Positions 16,140-30,320 of a stretch of 64,000 bases of DNA are shown piece after piece. Made by a program: the position numbers and the translations under genes. Numbering within the stretch: the first letter of the stretch is position 1; every line of letters begins with the position of its first letter. A model generated the notes under the pieces. That model had not been told where the DNA came from. It ran no database searches and was given only the letters and a program-made list of their open reading frames with translations. This DNA is from Eledone cirrhosa (Eukaryota), in the NCBI GenBank assembly GCA_964016885.1, contig OZ024740.1, positions 187,426,001 through 187,490,000 on the forward strand, given 5' to 3'.

Positions 16140-16495
16140 TGCCAAACTCAGTATCTTCAATTCGGTGTTAGTGCCTACCCTTATCTATAGTCATGTATCT
16201 TGCATAATGACCAAAAGAATACAATCGCAAATACAAGTTGCTAAAATGGGGTTCCTCCAAAGGGTCCTTAGAGTAATGTTACTTGATAGAGTGCAAAGTT
16301 CGTTGATTAGAGAGTCACTCCAGATAGAGGCACTACTTCTCCAAATTGAGAGATCACAGCTCTGATGCTATGGATGTGTGGTCAGAATGTCTCAGGAAAG
16401 AACCACTGGATAGATTTTATGGGCAAAACCAACCGACCCAGAGCATGATGGTTAGATAACACCCATAAGCTTGGTTATTCTTGCTTGAGCATCCA
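16140..16495 (+). mobile_element. Decayed RTE-clade LINE ORF C-terminal fragment (second RTE family)
   Basis: AKLSIFNSVLVPTLIYSH...IQVAKMGFLQRV...LLDRVQSSLIRESLQIEALLLQIERSQL*CYGCVVRM resembles the RTE post-RT region ending in the RWFGHV.RM motif; in-frame stop. Confidence 0.85.
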
Positions 16496-17867
16496 GTCGA
16501 ATCAACAAGAGGAGGAGAGGAAGAAGAAGAAATCCCAATAGAATCTGTTTTCCTTATTCTTAGTTGTTGTTTTCCCTATTGTATCTGGTTTTATACCAAA
16601 CAGACATGTTTTCAGTCAGCCAATCCTTCTAGCTCTTCCAAAACGTTTGCTAAGAATGTCCATCTATTGTTATCCATTTTAACATAATCATTCACAAAAA
16701 ATATTTTACACTCAGTTAACAGTTGATGAGCTGTTTATTTTCCTTGAATACTTCAAATCAGCTGTCATTTGCTTTCTTCTCAAATTCTCTAACAATCTTA
16801 TTTTAATCATTTGTTTCTGGAATGGGTTTTCATGGAATCTACATTGTACAATGTCTTCAGGTCATAACTGAGATATACAGTAGAGGGTGTGTAGGTGACT
16901 TTCTTTTTATGAGGGGGGGTTGCAATGCATATTAAAAATTAAATAAATTTCTTAATACTTTAGTGTATCTGGTTGACCAGAAACTGTAGTCATTGTCACA
17001 GAGAATGAAAACATGGCAGGTGTTAAAGAAAGGATATGAAAGATTGTTTTTATTGAAATAGGGATACATTATCATGTTTTTGTGGATCGAAGTGAGTAAA
17101 TTCCCCCAAAGAAGCAAAGATTAAAAACAAAATCAAAACAGATCCAAAATTGTATCCTGTATGTGCTGATTCTTGCTTTAAATTGATCAAGACTTGACAC
17201 CATAGACTTTTATTGCTATGTTCCTTAAGCTAAATTTCCTCTGAACTTTTTCTGCAGTCTCTTTTATAGATTCCACCAGATTTCCTTCTATGTACCCTAT
17301 ATTTTTTCTCCATTCATTTGGATTTATTCATCTCCAAATTTCCCATGATGTTCTAAGCATTGATTTCTTTCTTACTTGTGATAGTTAAACACCACCTATT
17401 TACATTTTATCTTTGCTATATAAGATTATTCTAATTTTTATTCTCTTATAAAGCACCTTTCATATTCTAGACATATCTACATCCAATTTTCCTTGTCATG
17501 AATAACCTTTCATCAAGTGCATGTCTGCTAAGCTGGCGAGTTTCTCTTAGAATTCTCTCATCATCAACATTATCGTTTAATGTCCATTTTCCCCTCATGT
17601 TTCCAATTCCATCCAGAATCTTTAGATCTACTTTGATGATGAGGATGGCAATAATAATAATAACAATAATAATAACAACAGCAACAGTAACAACAACAAC
17701 AACAACAACGATGATAATGATGATGATGATGATGATGATGATAATGTCATCAACCATTTACACTCACGTTACCATGATTGCAAGGGTTGGACAGTTCCTA
17801 TCCCTTCATAGCTCCTCTCAACCAATTATGTTCCTTCATCTCCAATGACAGGTTCTGCATTTTGAAT

Positions 17868-17947
17868 AATAACCCTACTTTATCATATTGTACCATAGTT
17901 AATGGGCTTTTTGTAAACCCTTTGTGGTTAATAAAGAAATCATTATT
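17868..17947 (+). mobile_element. 3' terminal fragment of the L1/Tx1-like element
   Basis: tgtaaaccctttgtggttaataaagaaatcattatt matches the 3' end at 47373-47407. Confidence 0.7.
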
Positions 17948-18472
17948 GTTGTGGTTGCTGTTGTTGTTGTCCTATCTATCTATACTTGTCTAGAAACCAC
18001 ATGAAAAAAAAAACATTTACAAGAGTGAGGCATTAACTTTTGATTTCCATTTCAATAAGAATATAATTTAAAAACTTATTATTTTTTCTCTTATTTCAAT
18101 CATTTCCAATTACAGTAACAACTTCAATGTCAAGAGAGATAGATGTAATTATAATGAGGAGAAAGAGCTAGCTAATCCTCTATAGTACTCAATATAACAG
18201 TTTACTACATCAGCTTCACAGTGTGTTGCATAATGTTCTCTTAGAAAAGAGAGAAAAAAAGCAACAATTTTTAAGAGAAGGAGGGAGAAGTGAGAGGATG
18301 TACACCACTAGAGACATACTTTTTCTTCTATTACGTTGCACTGAACAACAGGACACATAATAAATTTAATAGAAATTAATCGAATGTTTCATTAGTTTTG
18401 ATTTAGGAGCAAATCTACTGAGTTTTTGAAATACGAAAAAACAGCAAAAACATAGCAATGTTAATAATAATG

Positions 18473-18512
<40 letters not shown>

Positions 18513-18847
18513 GTTTTCTATTTTCTTTATACCCATTTTATTTTTTATCTATTTCAATTTTTTTTATTTGTCATTTATTTAATGAAAATTATAAATAACT
18601 ATCATGATTTTGTTCATTTTCTTTTCTAGAAATATGGTTTTATCTGTCTGTCTCTCATTTTTTCCTCTATATATCTTTTTAAAAAATCATATGTATATAT
18701 ATATTTCTGAGTGTGTGTGTGTACATGGTTGTGTGTCCATGTAATGTAAGATGATATATATATATATATATACACACACATACTTATATATATATATGTG
18801 CGTGTGTGTTTGTGAGTGTGTGTATTGTGTTTGTATATATATGTTTG

Positions 18848-18886
<39 letters not shown>

Positions 18887-19350
18887 TCTTTTATATATAT
18901 ACAAGTATGTGTGTGTCAATGAATAAATAATTAAAGAAAGAAAGAAATAAAGAAAGAAAAAAAGAAAAGAAGGAAGCAATATATGATTTGGAGAATTTTT
19001 CTTTAGGTGAAATAAAAAAGTATCTATTTTAACCTATAATGATGTATAAAGATTCAAAGAAAATTTTCTCTAGATGACTGCATTCTGACAGATATAATTA
19101 AACTGTCTGTCATTTAAAAAAATATGTTGTGATATAAACCTATTACTATCTTCCGAAAATATCATTCGTCTTTTATAGTAGCCATTTGTAGGAATATACA
19201 TGTGAAAATAATTTTCTAATAAAAGAATTAAAGAATAATCAACTGTTATAATGTGCACGCAATCCTGTATGTATATACATATATATATATAAATACAAAT
19301 ACAGACAGGCAGACAGACAGACACACTAACACACACACACATATATATAT

Positions 19351-19451
19351 ATAGGGTGTTCCCAAAATGTATACACATTTCAACATCATTCTAATAAATA
19401 TTGCCTGTACAGGTCATCAAAGTGTGTATACAATTTTGGGGACACCCTGTA
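19351..19451. mobile_element. Tc1/mariner-type MITE, about 100 bp
   Basis: TIRs agggtgttcccaaaatgtatacaca / tgtgtatacaattttggggacaccct in TA context; (TA)CAGGGTGT termini are typical of Tc1/mariner; second copy at 30217-30320. Confidence 0.85.
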
Positions 19452-20509
19452 TATATATATATATGTGTGTGTGTAGAATAATATACTATTTCAGATATGA
19501 AATTGTCATGATATAAGACTGTGTTTTTACTGACATAATTTATTTTGTATATTCTATGAAGTCCCTGACAACGTAAAATAGAATGGGATTAATGTTTCAT
19601 ACCAAAACTTCGCCTTTTATCCATTTGATTAAAAAGTATCTGTCTAGTTCTGGGGGTCGATTCTTCCTCACTCCCACTCTCTCACTCTCTATCCTTGTCT
19701 GGAAGAAATCTATTATGTTCAGACCTGGAGAGGTTCTGTTAGGTTTGAAAATGCCCTAGAAATTCCGTATGTCAATGCAGCACACCTACTACTCCATTAG
19801 GAGTTATGGGTTAAAAAGAAAAAGACCACATATCCATGAGTCAATGTTCAGATTATAATGTATAGGCACAACTTGATATTAATAATAGAGCTTGGGTGAG
19901 GTCTGTGACCATTTATATTTCTCTCTTGTATATTGTCTTCTCATTCTTGGCGAAACCCATATAAGATATATAAGATGTTTTAACTTCTTCATCTTGGATA
20001 TCTATTCATAGTTTATATGCTCTGTATTTCTGCATTCATATGACCCATTGGATTTGTTTACTTTAACTTTGATTCCTAATACTGTACATAATATACTTTT
20101 GATGAATTGCTTCAACATTTTCTGCATTGTGCTTGAAACTTTGTTATAATAACTTTCTTCATCTGAACTTTTAACATTGTTATATATATGTATATATATA
20201 TATATGCTTAGTAATGATGGTCATAAGAATAAGTACCCAATAACATAGTATAAATTATTATATCACACAATCCTGTGATTACACTGGAAAAACATCAGCA
20301 TACAATAACTGAAGCTTAGCCTTAATAGAAAAGAAAAAAAACCATATATATATATGTGTGTGTGTGTGTGTATATTTGTTTGGTGTGTGTAAGTGTCACT
20401 GTATGTGTATACAATATGTATATGGACAGACATCATTACATTGTTTTCTCATTGCTCTTTTAAAGTAGAAACTCCATATATTTAAGAATTCTACTGAGCA
20501 TATAATAAT

Positions 20510-20697
20510 AATTGTTTCTACTTTTGGCACAAGGCCAGCAATTACCCAGTGCATTACTGGTACTTTATTTTATCGACCCCATAAGGATGAAAGGCAAAGT
20601 TAACCTCGGCAAGATTTGAACTCAGAATGGCAAGGGCCGTAACTCTATGCGTCAAAGCATGGCGTCCGGCCCTCTACCGATACTGCCTATCCACCAT
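20510..20697 (-). mobile_element. SINE A, young short-tail subfamily
   Basis: Full head ggtggataggcagtatcggtagag through tail ttgtgccaaaagtagaaacaatt on the minus strand. Confidence 0.9.
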
Positions 20698-20715
20698 TAT
20701 TATTATTTTAAAAGA

Positions 20716-20900
20716 GGGCGGTGGATTGGCAGAATTGGTAGAGGGTTGGACATGCTTTCCAGCATAGTTACGTGCCTTTACGATCTGAGTTCAAATCCCG
20801 CCAAGGTTGACTTTGCCTTTCATCCTTACGGGGTCGATAAAATAAAGTACCAGTAATGCACTGCGAAATTGCTGGCCTTGTGCCTAAAGTAGAAACAATT
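20716..20900 (+). mobile_element. SINE A, young short-tail subfamily
   Basis: ggcggtggattggcagaattggtagag (A-box), gagttcaaatcccgcc (B-box), gttgactttgcctttcatccttacggggtcgataaaataaagtaccag (resembles the Nin/Deu SINE domain, from memory); flanked by attattattattttaa on both sides. Confidence 0.9.
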
Positions 20901-20911
20901 ATTATTATTTT

Positions 20912-21235
20912 AATAACACTGATATTGTTGTAAAAACAAACAACCTCCCCAAAATTGATTCTAATTGATATTAGGATCCCTCAAGACTACAATGTAGTTG
21001 AAAAGGAAATGGAAAGATAAATAATCATGCAGACCTTGCAGACACTATTAGAAATGAGCACCATGTAGAGACAGAGGTAATTCCAATTGGGACATGAGGC
21101 ACGTCACTAAATGCCTAACATCTTTCACCAAAAGCCTTGATAGATCATAGTGCCAAAATGTCTACCATCACTAGTATTGCCAAAATCCTTCATGATATAT
21201 TGAGCCTTTGAGATCAGGGTCTGAACCGAGGTCAA
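20912..21235 (+). mobile_element. R4/Dong-like non-LTR element, restriction-like endonuclease remnant
   Basis: NTDIVVK...PKLILIDIRIPQDYNVVEKEMER...ETEVIPIG...IAKILHDILSL* follows the PDIVV..D..IP.D.....KE.EK..KY RLE pattern, with frameshifts. Confidence 0.7.
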
Positions 21236-21834
21236 TTAATACTAACCTAGCAACCAATTGCTAGAGAAACCTTACAAAAAGGAAAAGATTATTGTAACAA
21301 TAGTCTTTTCAATATTTGACATTAAAGAAGCAATCATATTGTAATGACAAAACATATGTGGGACAAAAAAATGTGTAGTTTTGACAAACAAATTATATAT
21401 AATAAAGGGAAGAGCAAAAGAAATATACAAATATACAGAAGTGGATTTTAAAATTTATAAAAAACGTTATAAATAGATAATTAAGGTATGTTGATGAGAA
21501 AATACAATAAATATAATGAGATTAATTTTATCTTAATGCCAGGCCACCTACACATAGATTGGAAATTGCCATTTATGTTAATTAGTGCCCTCTGTGCCCC
21601 TGACTATGCATCCACTCTAAATCCACCATGTACACTTTTAAACTGCTAAATTCAAAATCCTGTTTGTTCTGTTAAATCATTCTTTTGTTTAGATATTTTT
21701 TAGAATATGATAGATCAAAGCTAGTCAAAACAAACCAGTCCCAATTAAAGAGTCATTTTGCTTCAGCACAGGAAATAAATAAATAAATAAATTGAATAGA
21801 ATAAACAGCAAATGATTAATTTTGGGTGATCCGA

Positions 21835-22082
21835 ATAGACAAGATCCCAGACTGCATTTATATACTAGTAGGGTGAAACTCGTCAGATCAGGCCAAGGAA
21901 ATAATGTTTCAATTGGTCTATCCAATTGCTAATACTATTTACTGGTTGCAAATCTGGCAGAAGGAGAAATGTGAAATAAAGTGTCTTGCTCAAGGACATA
22001 ACTCATCGCTCAGGCCAGGAATTCAACTCACAATTTCACAGTTGTGAATCCACCTCTCTAACCACCAAGCCATGTACCTTTA
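21835..22082 (-). mobile_element. SINE family C
   Basis: tRNA-like head ggtacatggctttggtggttagag, CORE-like tgtccttgagcaagacactttatttcac, family C tail. Confidence 0.8.
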
Positions 22083-22779
22083 CAAACAATTAATGGATAC
22101 TTTCGTTTTGCAATGTTATGGACATAAATTAGAAACTTTCCACACTTAAAACCACTTAGCAACATCTAAAACTCTGTAGCCCAAAATACATGTCTTGACA
22201 GCACAAGAACAAAAATGATGACGATGATGGTGATGATGATTATTATTTTAATAATGATAACAATAATGATAAACTTTTCAGACAGGTGTAGAGATAAAAT
22301 CTTTAAATAAGAAAAAAAGTAGTTGATTTATGTTCTTGTACTTACCAATAAATATGTAAATATTATTATTACACATTATCATTGGCAGAATATCTTTTAT
22401 AAAATGAGAAGCAACAAACAATTTACAAAAAGGAATTTATTGATTAGAAAAAAAAAAAGAAATGAGAATAAAAATTCTAAAAAAGAAGAATATTTTATAT
22501 ATATGGTGACCTATACAATAAGAATTTACAAACATATGTTTTGCTTTCCTTTTCCTTAAAAATGTATCAATTACTTTGCAAGACCAATTCAAATGATTTT
22601 TAATATCATTTTTGAATTAGAGAAAATAATTTTTTTTAAACAAAAAATAGAATTCATTCAATTTTCCATTACATATTTTATTTTCATTTAATTTTTTAGT
22701 TAAATGCTTTTCCATTTTCTTCAATACATATCGTGTTAGTTATACTTCTGATGAATATAATCTCTTAATCTGACTCTTA

Positions 22780-23345
22780 TTCTCTCTACTACTAGATCTG
22801 TCACTCTATTTATCTCTTTCACTCTCTCTTTCTTTCTCTTTCTCTGTTTCCTTCACTCTCTTTCTGTTTCTTTCTGAGTTTTATACAACCTTCTCTACCT
22901 CACCACGCAGTCTTTCTTTATCTGATTCTTTCATTTTTAAACACACTCTTCGAGCTTTCTTTTACTTTCTCTCTTTAGAAGCCACTAGACAGTTTAATCA
23001 GACTCTCTCTCTCTCTCTACTTTACTGGTATTATCTAATACCCTTTCTCTCCCTTTCTCTTTATCTGAGTTTAATTCTATTTTCCTATTTTTCTCTCTCT
23101 TTGACACTCTCATCTACCTCTGTCTATTCCTTCTCTGGACTTTATTTCATTCACGTTCACCTTCTCTCAATTTATCTGATCTTTTATCTTATTCTTTCTC
23201 TTCTTCACCTCTCTATGTTTTATCTCTCACCTTCTCTTAACCCCAACTCCACGACGACCACCACCACACTTCCTTTCTCTTCCATTTACTCATCTTTTCC
23301 TTTATATTTTCTCTGTCTCTGTTTTTCTTTTCCTTTCTTATTTGT
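22780..23345. repeat. Pyrimidine-rich (CT/TTTC) low-complexity tract
   Basis: Strong C/T strand bias with (CT)n runs. Confidence 0.8.
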
Positions 23346-24192
23346 TGCACATTTTAACAAAAGTCAGTTTTAGCACAGAAATTCTAAGAGTAACAATATT
23401 GCTAGGGGCAGACTAAATACCTGAACAAAACTCTCACAATTTTAAACCATAATTTTGTTTACTAAACATATTTTCGTAAATAGAACTTCAATTATGTAAT
23501 ATACACATTCAATTTTTTTTATTAGAATTTATATAAATTGTTATTGTAATAGTTTTAAATTCTAGTAAAGTGTTTACATGATTTTCTATACATTGTATCA
23601 AAACTGTCTCAACTAACTCTTACTTCTATCATTAGCATCATCATCATCATTACGATTATCATCATCATCACCATTATCAACATTTCATATTCTGGTATGC
23701 ATTAGACATGTATTTACAATCCAAATCAATTCCTATTTTCAGTTATTGCCTCCCTAAATGGGTCTAAGTCTGTCTTGTCTGAACAATTCATTTTTGGTAT
23801 AGTTTCTTTGGCTAGGTTCTTTTCCAACCATCCACCACTTTACAGAGTGTTTTAGGTACATTTTACCATGGCACAATCATTAGAAGGGATGTTATGTTCT
23901 CAGTTGAATTAAAGTATCTTCAACCACTTTTGTTGTCTTCACCCATTTGACAACCCTTTTAAAGAGTATTATATCTCACTGAGCATTACTTGCTAAAAAT
24001 AGCAACAAAATGTCCCTTAAATGACATCATACTATCTTCAAATACAAAATATACATTAGATAATGTAAGTTACACTATGCCTGAAAATAGTAAAAAAAAC
24101 TAACGGTGTCCCAGCATGGCCTCGGCCCCTATACTGGAATGCAAAAAAAAAAAAATCTACTGGTCATAAAACACCTTTGATAATAGATTTCT

Positions 24193-24960
24193 GCAAATCT
24201 CAACAGAGAGGAAGTAAGTGAGAGTGAAAGTCAATGTTTCAAAAGCTATGGACTAAAACCAGAAGTAGATCATCCAGTTTTAGCTACAAAGAGGTTTTAG
24301 ATCAGTTATATATAAACGAACTATAAGAACAAATAATGAAAACAGTTAGGCTAATATTGCAATATATCTCCCAGTCTTACTCTAGAAAGAGTATATCTAC
24401 ATATGTGAAAGAGCTGGAGTTTTCATACACAAGGAATTATGCCAGCATTATGAAACACTAACAAAAAAGAGGTGGTATACACATACTAGAAGAGATCGGA
24501 GATAATGACATGAATATCAATACAACTTGACACTATTTTCAAGGTCATTAAGGAAACTAAGTGCCTCATAATCAAAATACCAGTCCAGTCAGACAATAAT
24601 TTATCTCAAAACTAAATGTAGAAATTGTCCAAATATAAAGATCTAGAAATAGAGATACTTAAAGTGTTGGTACTGAAAACGGAAATAATTTCTATAATAA
24701 TAAATGCCTTAAAATATAGAACAAAGGATGCAAATACATAACCAAAACTCCATGACATACAAATATATACAACATACAGAAAATAGCACTACTGGGCCAT
24801 GCATATATATTACATTTAATACTTATACTTTTTAGACAATAGAAAATACAACAAAGAAAAAATACTAGCAAAAATCAAACACTGCATGCACCTAAAGTGC
24901 ACAGAGCTGCACTCAGAAGTGCAGTTGGAGTAAGACTTTCTGAAAAATAAAAATAACAAA
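24193..24960 (+). mobile_element. R4/Dong-like non-LTR element 3' portion, decayed
   Basis: KSYGLKPEVD..VLA; FIHKELCQHY...KRWYTH; KCLIIKIPVQSDNNL...KLSKYKDLEIEILKV..LKTEIISIIINAL; IQKIALLGHAYIL. Typical R4-clade zinc-knuckle-adjacent and RLE sequence with multiple stops. Confidence 0.8.
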
Positions 24961-25555
24961 GAAATCTCCTTCAGTAATTCCCACCCTTCAGCTTTGAAAA
25001 TAATGTCCTCTTCATAGCAATTAAATAAAAAGTAAAAAAACAACAATATAAAAAAAGCACTATCAATTTAAATGGTGGCTAATGGCTAAAAGTCATATTA
25101 TAGATACAATACATTACATTCTTTCATTGGGATGCGTTTACATACAATAGTAAGAAAAATATGCAAAGGTCACTAGCCATCTGATTGGAAAACTATTAAA
25201 AATAAAAGGAAATTGATAGTCCCAGTTAGGCAAATTCCAACAAATATTCAAGACTCTAAGTAGAAAACTACATGTTAATTGTTCTATGTTCAAATCCGGC
25301 CAAGGAGGTCCTTTTTGCATTTCATCCTTTTGGGGTCAATAAAGAAAGTACCCATTTAGTGCTGCTTCTGGCTGTCACATCCTGGATGTTCCTCTGAATT
25401 AAATGAAAGATGGCTGTGAGCGTGTTTGTGTCTGCTTGTAACTGTATGAGAACCTTGGCAAAAGCATGGTGTATACTACTCAATAGCAGGTGATGGCTGT
25501 AGTAGTAGTTTAATGTCAGTCATGTTTGAAATGCAATTAAGTAAAAGAAAGTATT

Positions 25556-25740
25556 TAATTGTTTCTACTTTTGGCACAAGGCTACCAATTACCCAGTACA
25601 TTACTGGTACGTTATTTTATAGAACCTGTAAGGATGAAAGGCAAAGTTAACCTCGGCGAGATTTGAACTCAGACCGTAAAGGGACGCAACTATACTGGAA
25701 AGCATGGCGTCCAACTCTCTACTGATACTACCAATCCACC
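25556..25740 (-). mobile_element. SINE A, young short-tail subfamily
   Basis: Near-identical to 44185-44368. Confidence 0.9.
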
Positions 25741-27150
25741 TACTGTTAGATAGAGTGGAATAATATTTATTCAAATCATGGATTGAATGAATCACTGCTG
25801 ATCGTTTAATGAATGAAGCTTTTTTATACATACATTCATTAGATCTGTTTGGGTAACACTGAAAACAATTTGGCAGGAATCATTGGTTCTATCTTCATAT
25901 GAGTATATAACAATATATAAGCAAGGATATATGCTATAATTTTTAAAAATTATAGCAGAAAAGTTCATTACAATTTATTAAAAATTCTATTGAACAAAAC
26001 CTGTGGCTAAGATAAAATTCTATAGAAAAGCTCTTTCATAAAATTTTAATGAAAATGTCTAAGTGGAACTCTATTAAGGAATCTTTAGTGACCTTATGAA
26101 TGTAGACATGTATGCAAACTAGTGTTCTTTTCTAACATGATAGAGTGAGTTGACATAGATTTAGCTGTTATTTCTAAAAGGTAAAGCGACCATGTAGAGA
26201 CTTCCTTGCTGGCCTGAGAACTCATGGGTTGCTGCAGAAATTATCTTCAGTCCAGAGATTTGGTCCAAATATTTGCAAAAGAGTGGACTTCTACTAAAGG
26301 CTCACCAATGGTCAGGTTGTGTTGTTAAACAGAATGATTGATGATCAATACCACACAAGAATAGGTATGGAGCATCCATTAGGACTCTACAAAGCTATTT
26401 CCTGTCTAGTTTTATTTACAAGGCTTGGGTTTATCTGAAGCTTTGCACAATGTACTGTTGAGAGAATCAAACATTGAACCACATGATTATGAATCAAACT
26501 ACTTAACTAAACAGACATGTCAGTGTTCTGATACACATACCTGTATGAATTATATGTCTTATACATGTGATATATATTGGAGGAGGAAGAGTATCAAGTG
26601 ACAAGATCCTAGGTCTCATTTGCTTATTGAGTGAGATGGAGCTTGTCAAATCAAACCAAGGAAACAATGTTTCCATTGCTGATATTACCCAGTCTGGAAA
26701 TTGAACTCATAACCTCACAATTGCTAATCCAATTCTCCAACAACTAAGCCACACACTGCTATTTATTAGCTAATAGCTATTAACACATATAAGCATATAG
26801 CATTTTAGTTTGTCAACAAAGAAGTTAGTCACAAAACATAACATTTGTCAAATCATTAAATAATAGGGTGCATATTATTGATGAAACCAAATGGATCAAA
26901 ACAATTTTCCCCTATGATCTCCTGATATATGTGTATGTGCATGTATGTAGCTATGTATGTGTGTGTTTATGAAAAATATGTATTTTTAATGTAAAGAGAT
27001 TCAGTTATGTCAGCTGCTAACAAGGAAAACTGTTAATATTGTGACTAAAATGACTGGTTGTTGTTGTTTAACACCATGTTAGCTCTGATTGCATAAACTT
27101 ATTCAGGCATAGTGTACCTAGGACTACAATATTAAATGTGCCCTCCCCTT

Positions 27151-27400
27151 TTTAACTCTTTCATTATTACATTTTTAATGATAGACACTGTCTATTATTT
27201 TCAAATAATTTACAACATAATTAAGAATGTAAAAAGGATTTAGTAATAGAACTAATTTTTTTCCTTATTTATCTGTTGTTTGAGACATACGAAAACTTTT
27301 TGCATATAATTATGATGGAAGGTTTTTAAATAAATAGAATAAACAAGTTTGTAACATAGTACTAGAGTTGGTTTCAGGTGGTTTAGTACCTAAAGGATTG
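27151..27400 (+). mobile_element. TTAA-bounded non-autonomous DNA transposon (piggyBac- or Kolobok-like), old
   Basis: Starts ttaactctttcatt and ends ctaaaggattga; reverse-complement homologue at 51337-51577 ends aatatggtaatgaatgggttaa. Confidence 0.45.
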
Positions 27401-29234
27401 AGACAGTAGTGTATGATATGAGGGATATCACAATTTGGAGTATGTTCCAAAAGACTCAGCTAGCAGGTTGTGGCTGTTGTTCTTTAGCTGCAGGTGAGCT
27501 TTGATTGAGTAAACCTTATGATTAAAAGCATTATACCTATATTTTACAGATTGTGAGGTGTGGTTTAAGAGCCAGTTCTAAAATGTTGAGTGACCACATA
27601 TAGGCTCCTTTGTTGGCTCAACTAGTGACACTTTTCTTTGGCTTGGTGAAAATTTTAGTAAAGTTGAATTCATACATATAAAATGTTAAAGGCCAAAGGT
27701 ATTCAGGTCCACGTAAATATGGTAATAGCCTCTGGCCAGATATAGAATACAGGCTCCATTTCAACTGGAAAAAAGAAACAGGCAATATTTATCATATAAA
27801 CCTCAATTTAAATTACTCATATAAATAATCAAAGCTAAATACATCATTTATGTATGTTTCACATTGTATATACAAGTATATGTAGTGTACATGATGAACT
27901 TATACATAACAGAATTGAATAAATGAATGGTGAAGATAGTTCAACATATCCTACTTAACCTTCTTAACATAGGTCCATGCCAGTGATCTCACATGGCTAC
28001 CCAGCCACCCCATTCACATCTAATGTTATTTTTACATTAACATAAGGCAGCTACTTATGTTCTAATTACCAGAAGATGTATGCTGACTGACATTATCTAA
28101 TCACCCCATCACAACCACCAAAAAATGATGATTGATGGATTGGACAAGTCTTCTGGCAGAATTCTTAAAAGTTGAATGGGGTGATTTGAGATATCAGTTC
28201 TAAATCTGTGTGTTCTGAGCTCAAATCTTGTCTCATGGATACTGGAAAAGCAGTGATGTTCCTTCAAGGGGTTGCAACCAGCAGATGGTATCAGCCATAG
28301 AAAGACCAATTGAAAAACAATTTCCTTTGTCCAATCAGCCAATCATATTTTTTGGTGATGGTTGTGAGGGTGTTGTTGTTGTTGGTGGTGGTATGGTGAT
28401 GGTGATGACGGTTGTAGTGGTTGTGGTGGTGGTGATTAGATACTTTCAGTCAACATACATCTTCTGGTAATTAGAACATAAGTAGCTGCCTTATGTTAAT
28501 GTAGAAATAACTTCAGAGTTGAATTGAATGCCCAAATGGGATATTATTTTTTCCCCCTGAGAAGATGAAAGGCAAAGTTAACTTCAGAGGGATTTGAACT
28601 AAGAGCTGAGAGTGCCAGAACAAATAACAAAACATTTAATCCCACGCTATAATGACTGCCAATTTATCCCCTTGCATAAGACCTCTTAAGAGAGTGTGTA
28701 ATACTTACTAAATGTGAGAGATAATGATATAAAATTTGTAAGAAAACACAAAGGTAGTCAAAGACTAATTGGTAATCTTGGTGACCTCAATACAGACCAA
28801 AGGTCATCATCATTTACAGGACAAAAAGATAGAATTTGAAGCTAGAACAACAAACTAACAATGGAAGGAAAGCATTAAGTGCTGTTTGTGAAAGAAATGT
28901 TAGAATTATTTGTTCATATTTAGTTTTACTGCTTTAAGGCAACCATTAAGAAAACTTTCAAAAACAGAATTTCACAAGATTTCTGTAAGATAAGTCAACA
29001 TCCATGAAAGAAGAAAATCAAACACAATAACATCAACAACAACAGTGCCAGAAATGTTTATGATGGACGGTGATGTTGGTGATGGTGTTGGTGTCGGTGG
29101 TGGTGGTAGTAGAAGTAGTAGTAGTTCTAGAAGAAGAAGAAGAAGAATTTACAGCAGTAGTAGTAGAAATAACAATAAGTAGAAAAAATAGATAAGGATA
29201 TAACAATAAGAAAGATAGATATAGCAGAAACATA

Positions 29235-29277
<43 letters not shown>

Positions 29278-29288
29278 AGAAACACATT

Positions 29289-29320
<32 letters not shown>

Positions 29321-29323
29321 CGT

Positions 29324-29392
<69 letters not shown>

Positions 29393-30167
29393 TATGTCAA
29401 AAACTTTTTTTCTCATACAAGTCAAGATTGATGACAATTGAAAGTCCATAAACAACTTGTTTACAACTAGTAAATTACTATTAAGCAGAGTGATACAGCA
29501 GGGAAAAATCAAAACAAAACAAAACTAAAACCAAAATCACAACAGAATATAACAAGAAATAATGTGTGTGCATATATATATATATATACACACCCAATAT
29601 ATATGTGTGTGTGTGTATATTCATCTTATTATAGAAATGACTTCTGCAGGACCAGAACTGTTATATATATATGTATGTGTGTGTGTGTGTGTGTGTGTGC
29701 ATATGATCATCATTTAACATCTGCTTCTCCTGCTAGCAAGGATTGGACGGGTCATATAATAAATAATAATCCAACCACATTCAGACAGAATTTATAACAT
29801 TTTCATTTGTCTTACATATGTTTCTACTAATAAAATAAAGATTAAAGATAAGGATGGTTGAAAATTCTCATTTTAGTAATATTCCAGTATAGAGATGTAA
29901 ATTCATATATTAGTTATCAGACTTAAAACAATAGAAACATAAAATAGAAACTTTACCTGCATTAATTAACTTTAGTTTAGTTGTTTCCCCAGAGACAAAA
30001 AAAAATGCATCAAAATCTACTTAAAATAAAGGAAAGGTGTGTCTCCTAAAAGAGAAATATTTGGACACACATATATATATGTGTGTGTGTGTGTGTGGAT
30101 GTGTACCTGTGTGTATATATATATCATCATCATCATCATTTAACGTCCATTTTCCAAGCTAGCATGG

Positions 30168-30216
<49 letters not shown>

Positions 30217-30221
<5 letters not shown>

Positions 30222-30320
30222 CTGTCCCTCAAAAATGTATACACAAATGCTGTGTATTTTAATAAATATTGCCTGTGCAGGTAATCAAAGTTTGTATACA
30301 TTTTTTGGGACAACCTGTAT
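30217..30320. mobile_element. Tc1/mariner-type MITE, second copy
   Basis: Shares internal taataaatattgcctgt(g/a)caggt(a/c)atcaaagt and the TIRs with 19351-19451; embedded in (TA)n. Confidence 0.8.

Noticed and set aside
20716-20802. tRNA gene-like A/B boxes
   Set aside because: Multicopy SINE heads with no proper cloverleaf or terminator.
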